A DNA stretch of 64,000 bases from Armatimonadota bacterium (GTDB lineage Bacteria > Armatimonadota > UBA5829 > DTLH01): contig JBBRAE010000001.1 in NCBI GenBank assembly GCA_038207085.1, positions 192,001 to 256,000 of the forward strand, written 5' to 3'. Position numbers and translations under genes: made by a program. Under the pieces are notes generated by a model. That model was not told the DNA's origin. It saw only the letters and a program-made list of their open reading frames with translations, and searched no databases. The first letter of the stretch is position 1. Each line of letters opens with the position of its first letter. This document shows positions 38,938 to 48,649 of the stretch, piece by piece.

Positions 38938-39047
38938 GCTCAGCAGAACCGTGACCCCCTATCAATCACTGGGAACTGATCTGCGAGGAAGCTCTGAAAG
39001 AACAGGGACAACACATAGCAAAAGATGTATAATATGAGGTAGTTCAA

Positions 39048-39128
39048 CTAACCCGCATTATTCACGCTACTCGTGAATAATGCTCTGTTAGCGAAAGTTT
39101 TATTCGCTTCACGAATAAAGCGGGCTAA
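39048..39128 (+). mobile_element. 81-bp CTAA-bounded double-hairpin miniature element, copy 1
   Basis: Near-identical to 58921-59001 and 63523-63603; loops ctact and cttca. Confidence 0.85.
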
Positions 39129-39144
39129 ACGATTGGAAGAACCT

Positions 39145-39903
39145 ATGCTAACCTCGACATTTGTTCACGCGCAGGGAATTGGAGCTACTACAGAGCAGCG
39201 GATTTGGCAGGCGGGTATTACCGACTGGCAGGCGTTTCTGGATCGGCCACAGGATGGTCTGCTTTCGGAGCGCCAGTATTCGGCGCTTGCGCCTGTGGTC
39301 GAGGAGTCGCAGAAGAAGTTCGACGCCGGAGACTTTCTCTATTTTGCGAAGCAGGTGCCCAACTGTGAGCATTGGCGAGCGTACGGTGAGCTTGGGGCTC
39401 GCGCAGCGTATGTTGATATAGAAACGACAGGCATGGGCATGGACTCGGCGATCACTGTGATCGGCCTATATGATGGAGTCAACACCAAAAGCTACATCAA
39501 AGGGTTCAATATCGAGGAGTTCGCTGCCGATATCCTGGAGTTTCCACTGATCGTAACCTACGCCGGGGCAACCTTCGACCTGCCGCACCTCCGTCATGCG
39601 TTTCCCGGGACGCCACTCAACCAGCTTCACGTCGACCTCTGCCCCACCCTCCGCAAGATCGGCTACAAAGGCGGACTGAAGTCTATCGAAGAACGGCTCG
39701 GACTGAACCGCGAGGACGGCATCAAAGGCCTCAGCGGCTGGGATGCAGTTCGGCTTTGGCACGAATGGGAGCGCGGACGCCAAAAGTCGCTAGACATACT
39801 CGTTGAGTATAACCGCGCCGACGTTGAAAACCTCAAATTCCTCGCAGAGTTCGCATACAAACAGCTCCGGACGCACATTTTGCCCGTCGGCCTCACTTTA
39901 TAG
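39145..39903 (+). CDS. RNase H-like (YprB/DEDD-type) exonuclease
   Basis: YVDIETTG, TYAGATFDLP, HVDL, GGLKSIE, YNRADV; the upstream ORF extension is the inserted element. Confidence 0.85.
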   Translation: MLTSTFVHAQGIGATTEQRIWQAGITDWQAFLDRPQDGLLSERQYSALAPVVEESQKKFDAGDFLYFAKQVPNCEHWRAYGELGARAAYVDIETTGMGMDSAITVIGLYDGVNTKSYIKGFNIEEFAADILEFPLIVTYAGATFDLPHLRHAFPGTPLNQLHVDLCPTLRKIGYKGGLKSIEERLGLNREDGIKGLSGWDAVRLWHEWERGRQKSLDILVEYNRADVENLKFLAEFAYKQLRTHILPVGLTL

Positions 39904-40014
39904 CCTCTTTCAATCCCCATCCTCCTACAGCATTAGGCCTGCTGGTTACCCGCCCCGCCGAAGGGGTATACTTAAAGTGGCCCGGCGTCATTGGTCACTA
40001 CCGGTTGCTCTTAT

Positions 40015-40040
40015 GTTTTGGGTAATAGGGCAGTGGGTAA
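40015..40040 (+). promoter_or_regulatory. SigB/SigF-like promoter GTTT-N16-GGGTAA
   Basis: Upstream of the DUF948-YtxH pair; related site at 40787-40813. Confidence 0.45.
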
Positions 40041-40090
40041 ACCAGCACACGACTGGGCGACGAACGTCTCTAACAAATGGAGGTGTCGAG

Positions 40091-40498
40091 ATGTCCGAGC
40101 AGTTGTCGCTTGCGATAACGGCGATCTGCATGCTGGTCATTACCCTGGCTATTATTACGGTCTCTATAGTAACCGTAATGCTGCTGCTTCGAGTCCGTAA
40201 GTCCGTATCCACGGTGACAAACCGAGCCCAGCCGCTTATAACACAGGCTACTGAGACGGTCAAAACCGCAAACGGCATAGCCCAGAACGTCAAGACCCAC
40301 GCGGATCGCATCATGGACCGGGCGGAGGACACTGTCGATAATGTCACCCGCAAGGTCAAAACCACTACGAACGTTATCCAGGATTCTATCAATCCATCCG
40401 TAATAACTGTGGCCAGTGTACTAACCGGTGTCTCACGAGGACTGGAAGTATGGAGCCAAGTGAGAAGAAGAGGAGGTAATGGTCATGCGAGGACTTAA
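40091..40498 (+). CDS. DUF948/YtxG-like membrane protein
   Basis: GGAGG RBS, N-terminal TM helix plus coiled coil, precedes YtxH-like gene. Confidence 0.65.
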   Translation: MSEQLSLAITAICMLVITLAIITVSIVTVMLLLRVRKSVSTVTNRAQPLITQATETVKTANGIAQNVKTHADRIMDRAEDTVDNVTRKVKTTTNVIQDSINPSVITVASVLTGVSRGLEVWSQVRRRGGNGHART

Positions 40499-40772
40499 CT
40501 TTGTGGTCGGCCTCACCGTCGGCGTGGCTGTGGGCGCGTTAGTCTCTGTGATGTTCGCTCCGAAATCCGGTATAGAAACCAAACAGAGTCTCCGCGAGAT
40601 AACCGAAGAAGCCCGTCGGCGTACAGAAGAGATAAAGAGCAGGGGTCGACGGTATGTAGAGACCGAACGAACACATATCCAGGAGGCCGTCGATGCCGGT
40701 CGGCAGGCGGCTGAAGAAAAGCGCAGACAACTCGAAACGCAACTACACGTCGAATCGCCCACTGTTGTGTAG
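40485..40772 (+). CDS. YtxH domain protein
   Basis: FVVGLTVGVAVGALVSVMFAPKSGIETK. Confidence 0.85.
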   Translation: MRGLNFVVGLTVGVAVGALVSVMFAPKSGIETKQSLREITEEARRRTEEIKSRGRRYVETERTHIQEAVDAGRQAAEEKRRQLETQLHVESPTVV

Positions 40773-40786
40773 CTGAGGTAGTTCGA

Positions 40787-40813
40787 GTTTCTAGTCTGCT
40801 TGTATTGGGGTAA
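40787..40813 (+). promoter_or_regulatory. SigB/SigF-like promoter GTTT-N17-GGGTAA
   Basis: Upstream of the KGG stress gene. Confidence 0.45.
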
Positions 40814-40893
40814 CATAATGGTGACTGAAAAGGCAGCTAACCAGTGCGTGCCGATTCATTGTATATGGCGGAAATATGATAGGGGGTGACCTC

Positions 40894-41226
40894 ATGGCCG
40901 AAGATAAACCCGGACCGGAACCAGGATCCGAAGGTGCACGAAAAATAGCTGAAGCCCATAGGGGCTCTCATGAGCATGACCGCGAAGGTGGTTTCGCTGC
41001 AAACCCGGAACTGGCCAAGGAAGCTGGTCGCAAAGGCGGCGAAGCCGTCAAGAAGAAATATGGGCCGTCGTTCTACCGACAGATCGGTAAGAAGGGCGGA
41101 GAAACCGTCAAACAGGAGCGTGGATCTGAGTTCTACGCTGAAATTGGCCGCCGGGGCGGAGAGATGCGGAGTTCCCGCATGAAGCAGCGCAAGGCGGAAG
41201 AAGAGAGTAAGGAAGGTCCGAAGTAG
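40894..41226 (+). CDS. KGG-repeat general stress protein (GsiB/YciG-like)
   Basis: Three repeats EAGRKGG / QIGKKGG / EIGRRGG. Confidence 0.9.
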   Translation: MAEDKPGPEPGSEGARKIAEAHRGSHEHDREGGFAANPELAKEAGRKGGEAVKKKYGPSFYRQIGKKGGETVKQERGSEFYAEIGRRGGEMRSSRMKQRKAEEESKEGPK

Positions 41227-41254
41227 TCACAAAAGTGGCTGGCTTCAACCTCAC

Positions 41255-41290
41255 AGGGCGCAGATTTCCAGAAATGGTTCTGCGCCCTTT
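41255..41290. terminator. Terminator hairpin between convergent genes
   Basis: agggcgcaga/tctgcgccct stem followed by ttt. Confidence 0.65.
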
Positions 41291-42545
41291 AGTTTTGTCG
41301 CTCGTTTCGCATCCCGACAATCTGCATCATCATTCCAAGAAGCATTAACACCATCGTTATACCAAACAGGTAGCCGATATTCCAGTGGTTTGACGCAAAC
41401 GTCTTCATCGCCCAAGCACCTGCAAACGGGGCCAGCGTCCCCCTAATCCCCAAGAGACACGAGAAGAGCGCCATGTAGGTGGAAATCCTACGCGGGTCGG
41501 CAAACCGCAGCACAGCGTTGAAGTAGGCAAGCTCAATCCCAGCCGCCGATATTCCAAGCGCCGCAGCCGATGGAAACAGCGCAACAATAGTCGGGTGCCC
41601 CAATGAGCCTGCGATAATATAGTTCAGCGGGATCATCATATTGATGAGGATGTTGATGATAATGATCTTCAATGGGTTTGAGGTATCTACACGTCGTCCC
41701 CAATAGAGATATGAAAACATCCAGAACACGTTAAATACGAGCGTAAGCACTGATACGTCTTTGGGGCCGAAATTGAGCTTATCCACTTGGAAGATCGGGA
41801 TAATCGGCTGGAGGAGGAGGTTCCCGCAGCCATAAGTAAACACCGAAAGCGCAAACCACAAAAAGAGCCTGTCCTGCCCGAGGATCTTGATCGCGTCTGC
41901 AAGAAACTCGTGGGTCTTCTTTTTGCCTTGGATCTCTTCTACCGTAGGTTTGGATACATTTATTGTTCTGAAAAACACTGTTGAGAGAATGCCAAACGCC
42001 GCAGCTATAGGAAACACAAACCGGTAGCCGTCGCCTGAGAGCATTCTTCCCGCGATCATCGCTGTAACGACGTTCGCAAGCGCGATCAGCACGCGCACGT
42101 ACCCCATCATCCGGCCGCGCAGCTTGTCGGGGTAGATGTCCTTCATAATCGAGGCGTAAGCAGGCGACGTAATCGTTACCAGGAACTGACTCGACGTGAC
42201 GATAGCCGCGTACCAGATAGGCGTGTGCACAAAGAGCATCAGAAAGAATATCGCGCGACCGATGATGCACGGCCACACGACGAAAGGCATTTTGGAGCGG
42301 CCTTCCATCGCGTTTGCCCAGAAGAGCGCGAACAGGTTTCCGATAAACGGCGCAGCGACCATCAGCCCGATCAGGGCCTCGCTCATATGAAGCTGCTTGC
42401 GCGCCACGACCAGCACAAACGGCATTATCCCGCCGATGTAAATGCCGCAGAAGAACCCCGCCCAAGCGTCCCTCGACCACGCGCCGCGAGTCTTCCCCGG
42501 CACTTCAAATGCCCGGTACACAGTCCTGCGAATACCAAGCTTCAC
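41289..42545 (-). CDS. MFS transporter (start uncertain; frame open to 42689)
   Basis: About 12 hydrophobic segments; YPDKLRGRMMG. Confidence 0.85.
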   Translation of the reverse strand: MKLGIRRTVYRAFEVPGKTRGAWSRDAWAGFFCGIYIGGIMPFVLVVARKQLHMSEALIGLMVAAPFIGNLFALFWANAMEGRSKMPFVVWPCIIGRAIFFLMLFVHTPIWYAAIVTSSQFLVTITSPAYASIMKDIYPDKLRGRMMGYVRVLIALANVVTAMIAGRMLSGDGYRFVFPIAAAFGILSTVFFRTINVSKPTVEEIQGKKKTHEFLADAIKILGQDRLFLWFALSVFTYGCGNLLLQPIIPIFQVDKLNFGPKDVSVLTLVFNVFWMFSYLYWGRRVDTSNPLKIIIINILINMMIPLNYIIAGSLGHPTIVALFPSAAALGISAAGIELAYFNAVLRFADPRRISTYMALFSCLLGIRGTLAPFAGAWAMKTFASNHWNIGYLFGITMVLMLLGMMMQIVGMRNERQN

Positions 42546-42710
42546 GCCGGTCTGCAGTCCCCTTGCTGGGATTGATCGCTGATTATCCTGCTGGCTCACG
42601 GACAAAAAACCCACCAAAACAAGGGCCCGCTGGCGTTTGCCAGTGAGCCCCATGAACTTCACATATACTGAATGACGTGACCACATCACAAGATATAGCC
42701 AGTCAGCTCG

Positions 42711-44291
42711 TTAGAACTGTACTTGTTTTGCGCTCTCGATGCCTTCGACGCCAAGGAGTTCGCCCATAACGTCGTCGGGTATCGTGCTGTCAACGGAAAG
42801 CACCATAATCGCGCGGCTGCCCTGAGACTTTCGCCCCACGTGCATTCCGGCGATGTTGATGCCATTGTTGCCAAGGATCGTGCCGACTTTGCCGATGATA
42901 CCGGGCTTGTCCGTGTGCGGAGCGACGAACAGATTGCCGTCCGGGACGACGTCTACGCGGTAGCCATCGATCTGAACGATGCGCACATCGTTCTTGCCAA
43001 GCACCGTGCCGCTCAGCTGCTTGTTGCCCTTATCGGTCTTTGCGTCAATGGAGAGAACCGATGTAAAGTCGCCGACACTGGCGCTCTTGCTCTCGGTCAC
43101 TCGAATGCCGCGTGCTTCGGCGATCACAGGAGCGTTTACGAAGTTGACTGTTTCGCTCAAGATCGGCCGCAGGATCCCTGTAAGCACTGCACGGGTGATG
43201 GGGCCGGTCTCCTGGCCTGCAACTTCGCCGCAGTAGGTGATCTCGATAGACTCGATGCCACCTTCGCTCGTCTGAGTCAGAAGCGACCCGAGCCTCTCAG
43301 CAAGCGTGAGGTACGGGCTGATCTGCTTCAGCACTTCGCTAGAAACTGCCGGCATATTGACTGCGGAGCGAGCGGGCTTGCCGCTGAAATACTCTACCAT
43401 CTGCTCGGCAACGTCGATCGCAACCTTGCTCTGGGCCTCTTCGGTCGAAGCGCCGAGGTGCGGAGTTGTGACGATATTGACGGCTCCCGGGAGCGGGTTA
43501 TCGGCGGCAATCGGTTCGGCTGAGTAGACATCCACAGCGGCTCCGGCGACCTTGCCGCTTGCAAGGGCCTGTGTGAGCGCCGCTTCACTGATGATACCGC
43601 CGCGCGCGACATTTATGATACGCACGCCGTCCTTCATCATCGAGAACTCTTTTTCGCCGATCAACCCTTCGGTTTCCTTGTTTCTGGGAAGATGAAGGGT
43701 GATGTAGTCACTGCGCTTCAGGAGCGTGTCGAAATCCACGGACTCGATTCCGAGCTTGTTTGCAACGTCGACCGAAAGGAACGGGTCGCAGGCAACAACT
43801 GACATCCCGAAAGCCTGCGCGCGCTTGGCGACCTCGCGTCCGATCTTGCCAAGACCGAGAATACCGAGGACCTTGTTATATACCTCAACCCCCACATACT
43901 TGTTTCGCTCCCACTCACCGTGCTTGACTGATGCGTCTGCTGCAGCGATGTTTCGGGACATCGCAAGAAGAAGCGCCATAGAAAGCTCAGCCGCGGCGAT
44001 AGTGTTACCCTCGGGCGAGTTGACGACGACTATGCCTTTTTGTGTGGCCATAGGCACGTCGATGTTGTCTACCCCCACCCCCGCTCTGCCGATGATCTTG
44101 AGTTTGTCGGCAACAGCGATTACATCGGCCGTAACCTTGGTCGCGCTTCGGACCACCAGTCCATCATACTCACCAATGCAGGCGATCAAGTCCTCTTTGG
44201 GCATACCAGTCTTGACGTCGACCTCGGCGACCTGTCTGAGGATATTTACACCCTCCTCCGAAATCTTGTCAGCTACCAAAACCTTAGGCAT
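42711..44291 (-). CDS. serA: D-3-phosphoglycerate dehydrogenase with ASB and ACT domains
   Basis: GRAGVGVDNID, NVARGG, TPHLGAST, DKPGIIG. Confidence 0.97.
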   Translation of the reverse strand: MPKVLVADKISEEGVNILRQVAEVDVKTGMPKEDLIACIGEYDGLVVRSATKVTADVIAVADKLKIIGRAGVGVDNIDVPMATQKGIVVVNSPEGNTIAAAELSMALLLAMSRNIAAADASVKHGEWERNKYVGVEVYNKVLGILGLGKIGREVAKRAQAFGMSVVACDPFLSVDVANKLGIESVDFDTLLKRSDYITLHLPRNKETEGLIGEKEFSMMKDGVRIINVARGGIISEAALTQALASGKVAGAAVDVYSAEPIAADNPLPGAVNIVTTPHLGASTEEAQSKVAIDVAEQMVEYFSGKPARSAVNMPAVSSEVLKQISPYLTLAERLGSLLTQTSEGGIESIEITYCGEVAGQETGPITRAVLTGILRPILSETVNFVNAPVIAEARGIRVTESKSASVGDFTSVLSIDAKTDKGNKQLSGTVLGKNDVRIVQIDGYRVDVVPDGNLFVAPHTDKPGIIGKVGTILGNNGINIAGMHVGRKSQGSRAIMVLSVDSTIPDDVMGELLGVEGIESAKQVQF

Positions 44292-44866
44292 TATATCCGT
44301 CTCCTCTCCATAGCAACTTTAGCATACAAGGGAGTTAGACAATATACCTCTCAAAACCTCTGTAATTGGCTCGAAGTTTGCACTATTCATATTTGGTGAC
44401 GTTCGCAGCTAATGACGAGTATGTTTTACACGATTGTTACATACTTGTTGTTACTGCGTTGTACATTACTGCTAATCTAGTAGTGGCGCGGTAGTTTGCT
44501 TTGATTTGCGTAGTGTCCAGAAGCGACTCCGACGTTACTTTTCAGTATCGAGGCAGCAATGGGGCTGCCCTGAGAACACTTGTGATAGCGTAACACAGTG
44601 ATCTCAATAGACCTCTCACCGGAGTGCGAAGATCCGGCTTAATATGCGGTTAAAGATTCAACACCGCTCTTCGCAGAGATCGATCACCGGCGCGCCGAGC
44701 GCTGTTGATCTAAATAGATCGGCAAATCTTAAGAATTTCCAAAAGACATGCAGGCATAGGATCGTTGGCTCTGTTACATGCAGCGATCCACCAATCCAAA
44801 GGAGATACGACGCACGGTGGCGGGCACGAAAGGCCGAGTCCACCGGCAAGAAGGGAGGCAGGGTTG

Positions 44867-45781
44867 ATGAGCAGCAAAGCTATAAATTTGGCGGAACGCG
44901 ATGAGATGATCGATTCCGAACCAGAAGCTGAGGAAACTCACACTGAAGCAGCAGTAACCGATTCTATGGATCTTTACCTCAATAAGATCGGGAAACGGGC
45001 ACTGCTTACACATCGCGAAGAGGTTGATCTCTCACGGAGATCAAGGGCTGGGGATGCCCACGCCAAACAAAGACTGGTGGAGTGCAACCTAAAGCTCGTA
45101 GTCAGCATCGCAAAGATGTATTCGAGCTCAGGCATTCCGCTTCCCGACCTGATCCAGGAAGGGAACATCGGACTTATCAAGGCAGTGGAAGCCTTCGACC
45201 CGGAACGCGGCTTCAGATTCAGCACCTACGCTGTTGCATGGATCAGACAGTCTATTACGCGGGCTATCGAGCGTCAGGGACGTACTATCAGAGTCCCGAG
45301 CTACGTGATCCAGACAATTCGCCGCCTCCACAGATTGGAAACTGACTTTATGGGGGAGTGTGGTAGGGAAGCCACACTAGAAGAAATCTCACAGCGGGCG
45401 TCCATTTCGTGCGAGCAAGTCGTGCGCCTGCGGGGAGCATGTGAAGTCCTGGTGTCTCTGGACGACACAGTCAAGGATGATACCACAACAGCGCTTCTTG
45501 AGCGACTTACAGATACCACAGCCGAAGACCCCGAAACTCGTGCCCTGCACAGGGAAAGCAACGAGATCATCGGCAAGCTGGTAGAAGGTCTGAGTCCTCA
45601 GGAGAAGCTAATTATCGAGAAGCGTTTTGGCCTGGGCGACGGTGCAACGTCTACGCTCCAGGAACTGGGTCAGCAACTCTGCATCACCCGTGAACGAGTG
45701 CGCCAGCTCGAAGCCCGAGCCATAAAGAAGCTGCGAATGGCCGCAGCGAGGAGTAGGCTGGACGGCTACTTCCTCATCTAG
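44867..45781 (+). CDS. RpoD/RpoS-family sigma factor lacking region 1.1
   Basis: [40 protein letters not shown]. Confidence 0.92.
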   Translation: MSSKAINLAERDEMIDSEPEAEETHTEAAVTDSMDLYLNKIGKRALLTHREEVDLSRRSRAGDAHAKQRLVECNLKLVVSIAKMYSSSGIPLPDLIQEGNIGLIKAVEAFDPERGFRFSTYAVAWIRQSITRAIERQGRTIRVPSYVIQTIRRLHRLETDFMGECGREATLEEISQRASISCEQVVRLRGACEVLVSLDDTVKDDTTTALLERLTDTTAEDPETRALHRESNEIIGKLVEGLSPQEKLIIEKRFGLGDGATSTLQELGQQLCITRERVRQLEARAIKKLRMAAARSRLDGYFLI

Positions 45782-45802
45782 CAGAAAGGGAGGCTGGGGA
45801 GT

Positions 45803-46054
45803 ATGGAGACTACACTGGAATCAGCGTTGATTTCTCTTCAAGACACAGACGTAGTCTCTCGCCTCACAGACAGAGAACGGGAAATTCTGCGCCTCATATT
45901 CGACGGGAAGTGTTCGAATGAGGTCGCGTCGGTCCTGTGTGTGAGCAAGAGGACGGTGGATTTCCACCTCGCGCGCGCTTATGTAAAACTAGGGGTGTCT
46001 AACCGGTTTCAAGCGTTCAAGCGTGCTATAGAACTAGGTATTATCGAGAGTTGA
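45803..46054 (+). CDS. Stand-alone LuxR/GerE-type HTH protein
   Basis: LTDREREIL..G..EVASVLCVSKRTVDFHL..KLGV; no receiver domain. Confidence 0.9.
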   Translation: METTLESALISLQDTDVVSRLTDREREILRLIFDGKCSNEVASVLCVSKRTVDFHLARAYVKLGVSNRFQAFKRAIELGIIES

Positions 46055-46070
46055 GAGAATAAAGGGGAGT

Positions 46071-46135
46071 GTCTAAGGTGACGAGTGGTGAGCGAGGGGA
46101 CTCACAGTGTCTCACTCGTCACCAAGTTCTTAGAC
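46071..46135. other. Long imperfect stem-loop between convergent transcription units
   Basis: gtctaag/cttagac and ggtgacgagtg/cactcgtcacc stems. Confidence 0.55.
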
Positions 46136-46224
46136 GTCCTCAATAACCTATGGCGCGGTCAAACACGTTCAGCATCGCGCCGTCGCTCTCAAACGCGTCA
46201 AGATTCACCATCTTAAGCCCCATA

Positions 46225-47109
46225 TCACCCTCCGTGGCTGTCGGCAACTCGAAGCGCTGCCTTTGCGGCGGCGACATCAGCCGGCATCACCACTATCAAG
46301 TCTTCCCCAGCGCTGACGCTCTTGCCGATCGATTCAACCCGCACGGGTTGCGGAGCAAGCTCTGGTTCTACGAATGAGATCCCGCCGTTGTCAGAAAGCC
46401 TGGCAGCGAGCTGCAGCAGTTCATCGTCGGGGGATGGGCACACAAACACCAGGGGTTTGCTGACCGCCATGGCGGCGACCATCTCCACCGCTTCCACCTC
46501 TGCATCAGCCTCCCCCATCCTGCCGTCGTTTTCGATCACTTCGTCAAGGTAGACAGTAAGTGAATCTGCGCCCTGCGAGATCGCAAGCTCAGCGTCATCA
46601 AGCGACGATACGACGGCTGAAACTGTGATCACCCTTCCGTCAGATGTGAAAGTCGGCAGGTCGTCTGCGTCAAAGGTTATAGGGGCGCGAGAATCGGTCT
46701 CTGAATTGTCCTGGTAATCGATCACGCTGTAGATATCCGGGTCGATAATAACCCGCCCGGAGTCAGCGTCGACGATAACCATGCTTTCGGGGCCAACAGA
46801 GCTTACTAGACCAGCAACACCAGTCATACACGGGACTGAAAGCGGCTGGAGCGGTTCGTCGTCAGACTCACAAGCAATACCGATGATCCGACTGCCCGGA
46901 ATCATCACGTTCGACCCAATCGCGAGCACGTCACAGACTATGACCACCTCCTGCCACTCAGCCTCAGGGAGCCCGCTGCGCAGTGCCTTGATTCCGGTCA
47001 TCATCACGTTTTCAGTAATGCCCGCAAACCCACGGTCAGAATCCACTACAACACCGACCGCCATCGCCACTCCCGCGTGCCTGCTAACGCCGCCAAGTTC
47101 GTGCATCAT
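46225..47109 (-). CDS. Degenerate PTS Enzyme I/PEP-utiliser-like protein without the phospho-His
   Basis: GV..GVAMAV N-terminus, VIVDADSGRVIIDPD, TSDGRVITVSAVV..GAD resemble PtsI; the SH motif is replaced by ESDDEPLQ. Confidence 0.55.
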   Translation of the reverse strand: MMHELGGVSRHAGVAMAVGVVVDSDRGFAGITENVMMTGIKALRSGLPEAEWQEVVIVCDVLAIGSNVMIPGSRIIGIACESDDEPLQPLSVPCMTGVAGLVSSVGPESMVIVDADSGRVIIDPDIYSVIDYQDNSETDSRAPITFDADDLPTFTSDGRVITVSAVVSSLDDAELAISQGADSLTVYLDEVIENDGRMGEADAEVEAVEMVAAMAVSKPLVFVCPSPDDELLQLAARLSDNGGISFVEPELAPQPVRVESIGKSVSAGEDLIVVMPADVAAAKAALRVADSHGG

Positions 47110-47963
47110 TGCTTAGTCTCAGCAGGCTTGTCCTGCCCTGGCTTTTTCTCAGCAGGCTTGTCCTGCCCGGCTTTCTTCTCTGCAGGCTTGTCCTGCCCGG
47201 CTTTCTGCTCTGTAGGCTTGTCCTGCCCCAATTCTTCATCTAAGTCGAAGTTGAGCGTTGCGCTGGCCGTGCCTGACTCGATCCACTCGCCACCCTCTTT
47301 CAGCGACACCTTGATCTCGCCGGGGCTAGAGAAGGCCTGACCCTTTTCGTCAGTAACGCGCACCCCGCCCGAAAGCGTGACGAACTGAAGGCCCACATCA
47401 TATACTGCACGAGTACCGACAAGAGTTCGCCCTTTGGATGTGATTTTGAGGCCGCCTTCGGCCGTAGCAATTTTCTTCTTGTACAGATACTCAAGCTTGT
47501 CGCAGACAATGTTGACTGGGTCACGAAGCTTTGCCGCCACTGAGTCCGGGTTCTTGGTGCCAGCATCGGGCTTTGGGGAGCCCACAAGCTTCACGTTGCC
47601 TTCGACCACGTTCTTGCGATCGTTCAGGTAAGTTGTCGCCTTTTCACCCGTAATGACGTTCTGACCGTCGACGATCTTCAGGTGGCCGACAACAACAGCT
47701 GTCTTGCCCTTCTCGTCATAGTCGGCTTTGTCACCAGTAATAACGGTGTCGCCATGCTTGATAACGACGTTTCCAGTGATGCTGTATGAGCTCGTATCTC
47801 CGGCACTGCTCCACTTCCACTTGTCACCGTCAATGCTGACCGTCTCTTTGGCCTTCTTTGGCGGGGATGCTTTGGTTTCTGGAGCGCCCGTAGCCATCAC
47901 GATCGCAATAGAAGCGAGTATCGCAGCCGACGCGGCTGTCAGTAGTTTGTTTGGTATCCTCAT
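47106..47963 (-). CDS. LptA/OstA-like beta-jellyroll protein
   Basis: Signal peptide; repeated GNVVI..ITGDKA.Y strands. Confidence 0.8.
   Translation of the reverse strand: MRIPNKLLTAASAAILASIAIVMATGAPETKASPPKKAKETVSIDGDKWKWSSAGDTSSYSITGNVVIKHGDTVITGDKADYDEKGKTAVVVGHLKIVDGQNVITGEKATTYLNDRKNVVEGNVKLVGSPKPDAGTKNPDSVAAKLRDPVNIVCDKLEYLYKKKIATAEGGLKITSKGRTLVGTRAVYDVGLQFVTLSGGVRVTDEKGQAFSSPGEIKVSLKEGGEWIESGTASATLNFDLDEELGQDKPTEQKAGQDKPAEKKAGQDKPAEKKPGQDKPAETKQ
47118..47228. repeat. 30-bp tandem repeat (about 3.7 units) encoding GQDKPxExKx
   Basis: aggcttgtcctgccc recurs every 30 bp. Confidence 0.9.
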
Positions 47964-48577
47964 TGGACTTTACCTGAGTTCCCGGGAGTATCTTCCCCCA
48001 GCTTTTCGAGCACTGATACTTCAACGGCGAGCTTCCCATTGTCCAGTGTCACTTCACCGTTACGTACATCGGCGATGAGGTTGTTTCCAGCAAGACTGCC
48101 ACCCTTGGAACGAAACACCACTTTACCCGGGCAATATAGGTGCTTGTTGAATCCGGTCCAGACGACTTTTTGAGCCTCAGCCTGGTACCCATCGACTGAC
48201 TTGATCTTTACCCCGTCCGTAACCTCAACGTTGCCGTTTATCGAATTATACACAGCCTTGCCCGCAGCCACCGTGGCGACAGGTTTCCCACGGTCATAGA
48301 GCTTGCCAGCGCGGACATCGGTTAGAATAGTGCGCACTCGGCCTCTTGAGACGTCCGCCCGCCTGGCATCGAAGCTCCAAGCGGGCTTGCCATCTTCTCG
48401 CCCGGCAATCTCAACATCACGAAGGCTCATCACCACTTCAGGGTTCCCTATCAAATCGCGCCTGACGTGGTAGGGAGAATAGCCGCGAAAGTGCACCAGG
48501 CTTGCAACAAGAGCGGCAAGCACAACTGCAGCTATCACAGGGAAAATAAACTTCCTAATTACGGTCGTAGTGTTCAT
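47960..48577 (-). CDS. LptC-like protein
   Basis: N-terminal TM anchor; GKPAWSFDARRA..AGKAVYN jellyroll pattern. Confidence 0.7.
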   Translation of the reverse strand: MNTTTVIRKFIFPVIAAVVLAALVASLVHFRGYSPYHVRRDLIGNPEVVMSLRDVEIAGREDGKPAWSFDARRADVSRGRVRTILTDVRAGKLYDRGKPVATVAAGKAVYNSINGNVEVTDGVKIKSVDGYQAEAQKVVWTGFNKHLYCPGKVVFRSKGGSLAGNNLIADVRNGEVTLDNGKLAVEVSVLEKLGEDTPGNSGKVQ

Positions 48578-48649
48578 AGCCAGATGCGAAAACTCCCCCC
48601 GGCACATGTGACACCCAGGGGGAGGCTCTCATTTCTTAGACGTTCCCGA

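Noticed and set aside
38847..39040. T-box riboswitch upstream of ileS
   Set aside because: No T-box consensus or stem I; predicted leader is too short
39048..39128. Integron attC site (CTAAC...GTTAG)
   Set aside because: The paired unit is only about 44 bp, lacks clear extrahelical bases, is not in a cassette array, flanks housekeeping genes, and no integrase is present
44480..44500. Additional GTAG-family copy (gtagtggcg)
   Set aside because: Only 9 bp match, with no hairpin or partner arm
44715..44760. c-di-GMP-I riboswitch (GGCAAA...)
   Set aside because: Lacks the GAAA tetraloop stem and the GCAAA...CTAA second stem
47118..47228. 30-bp repeat as a contingency locus or CRISPR
   Set aside because: In-frame, spacer-less repeat encoding a low-complexity C-terminal tail
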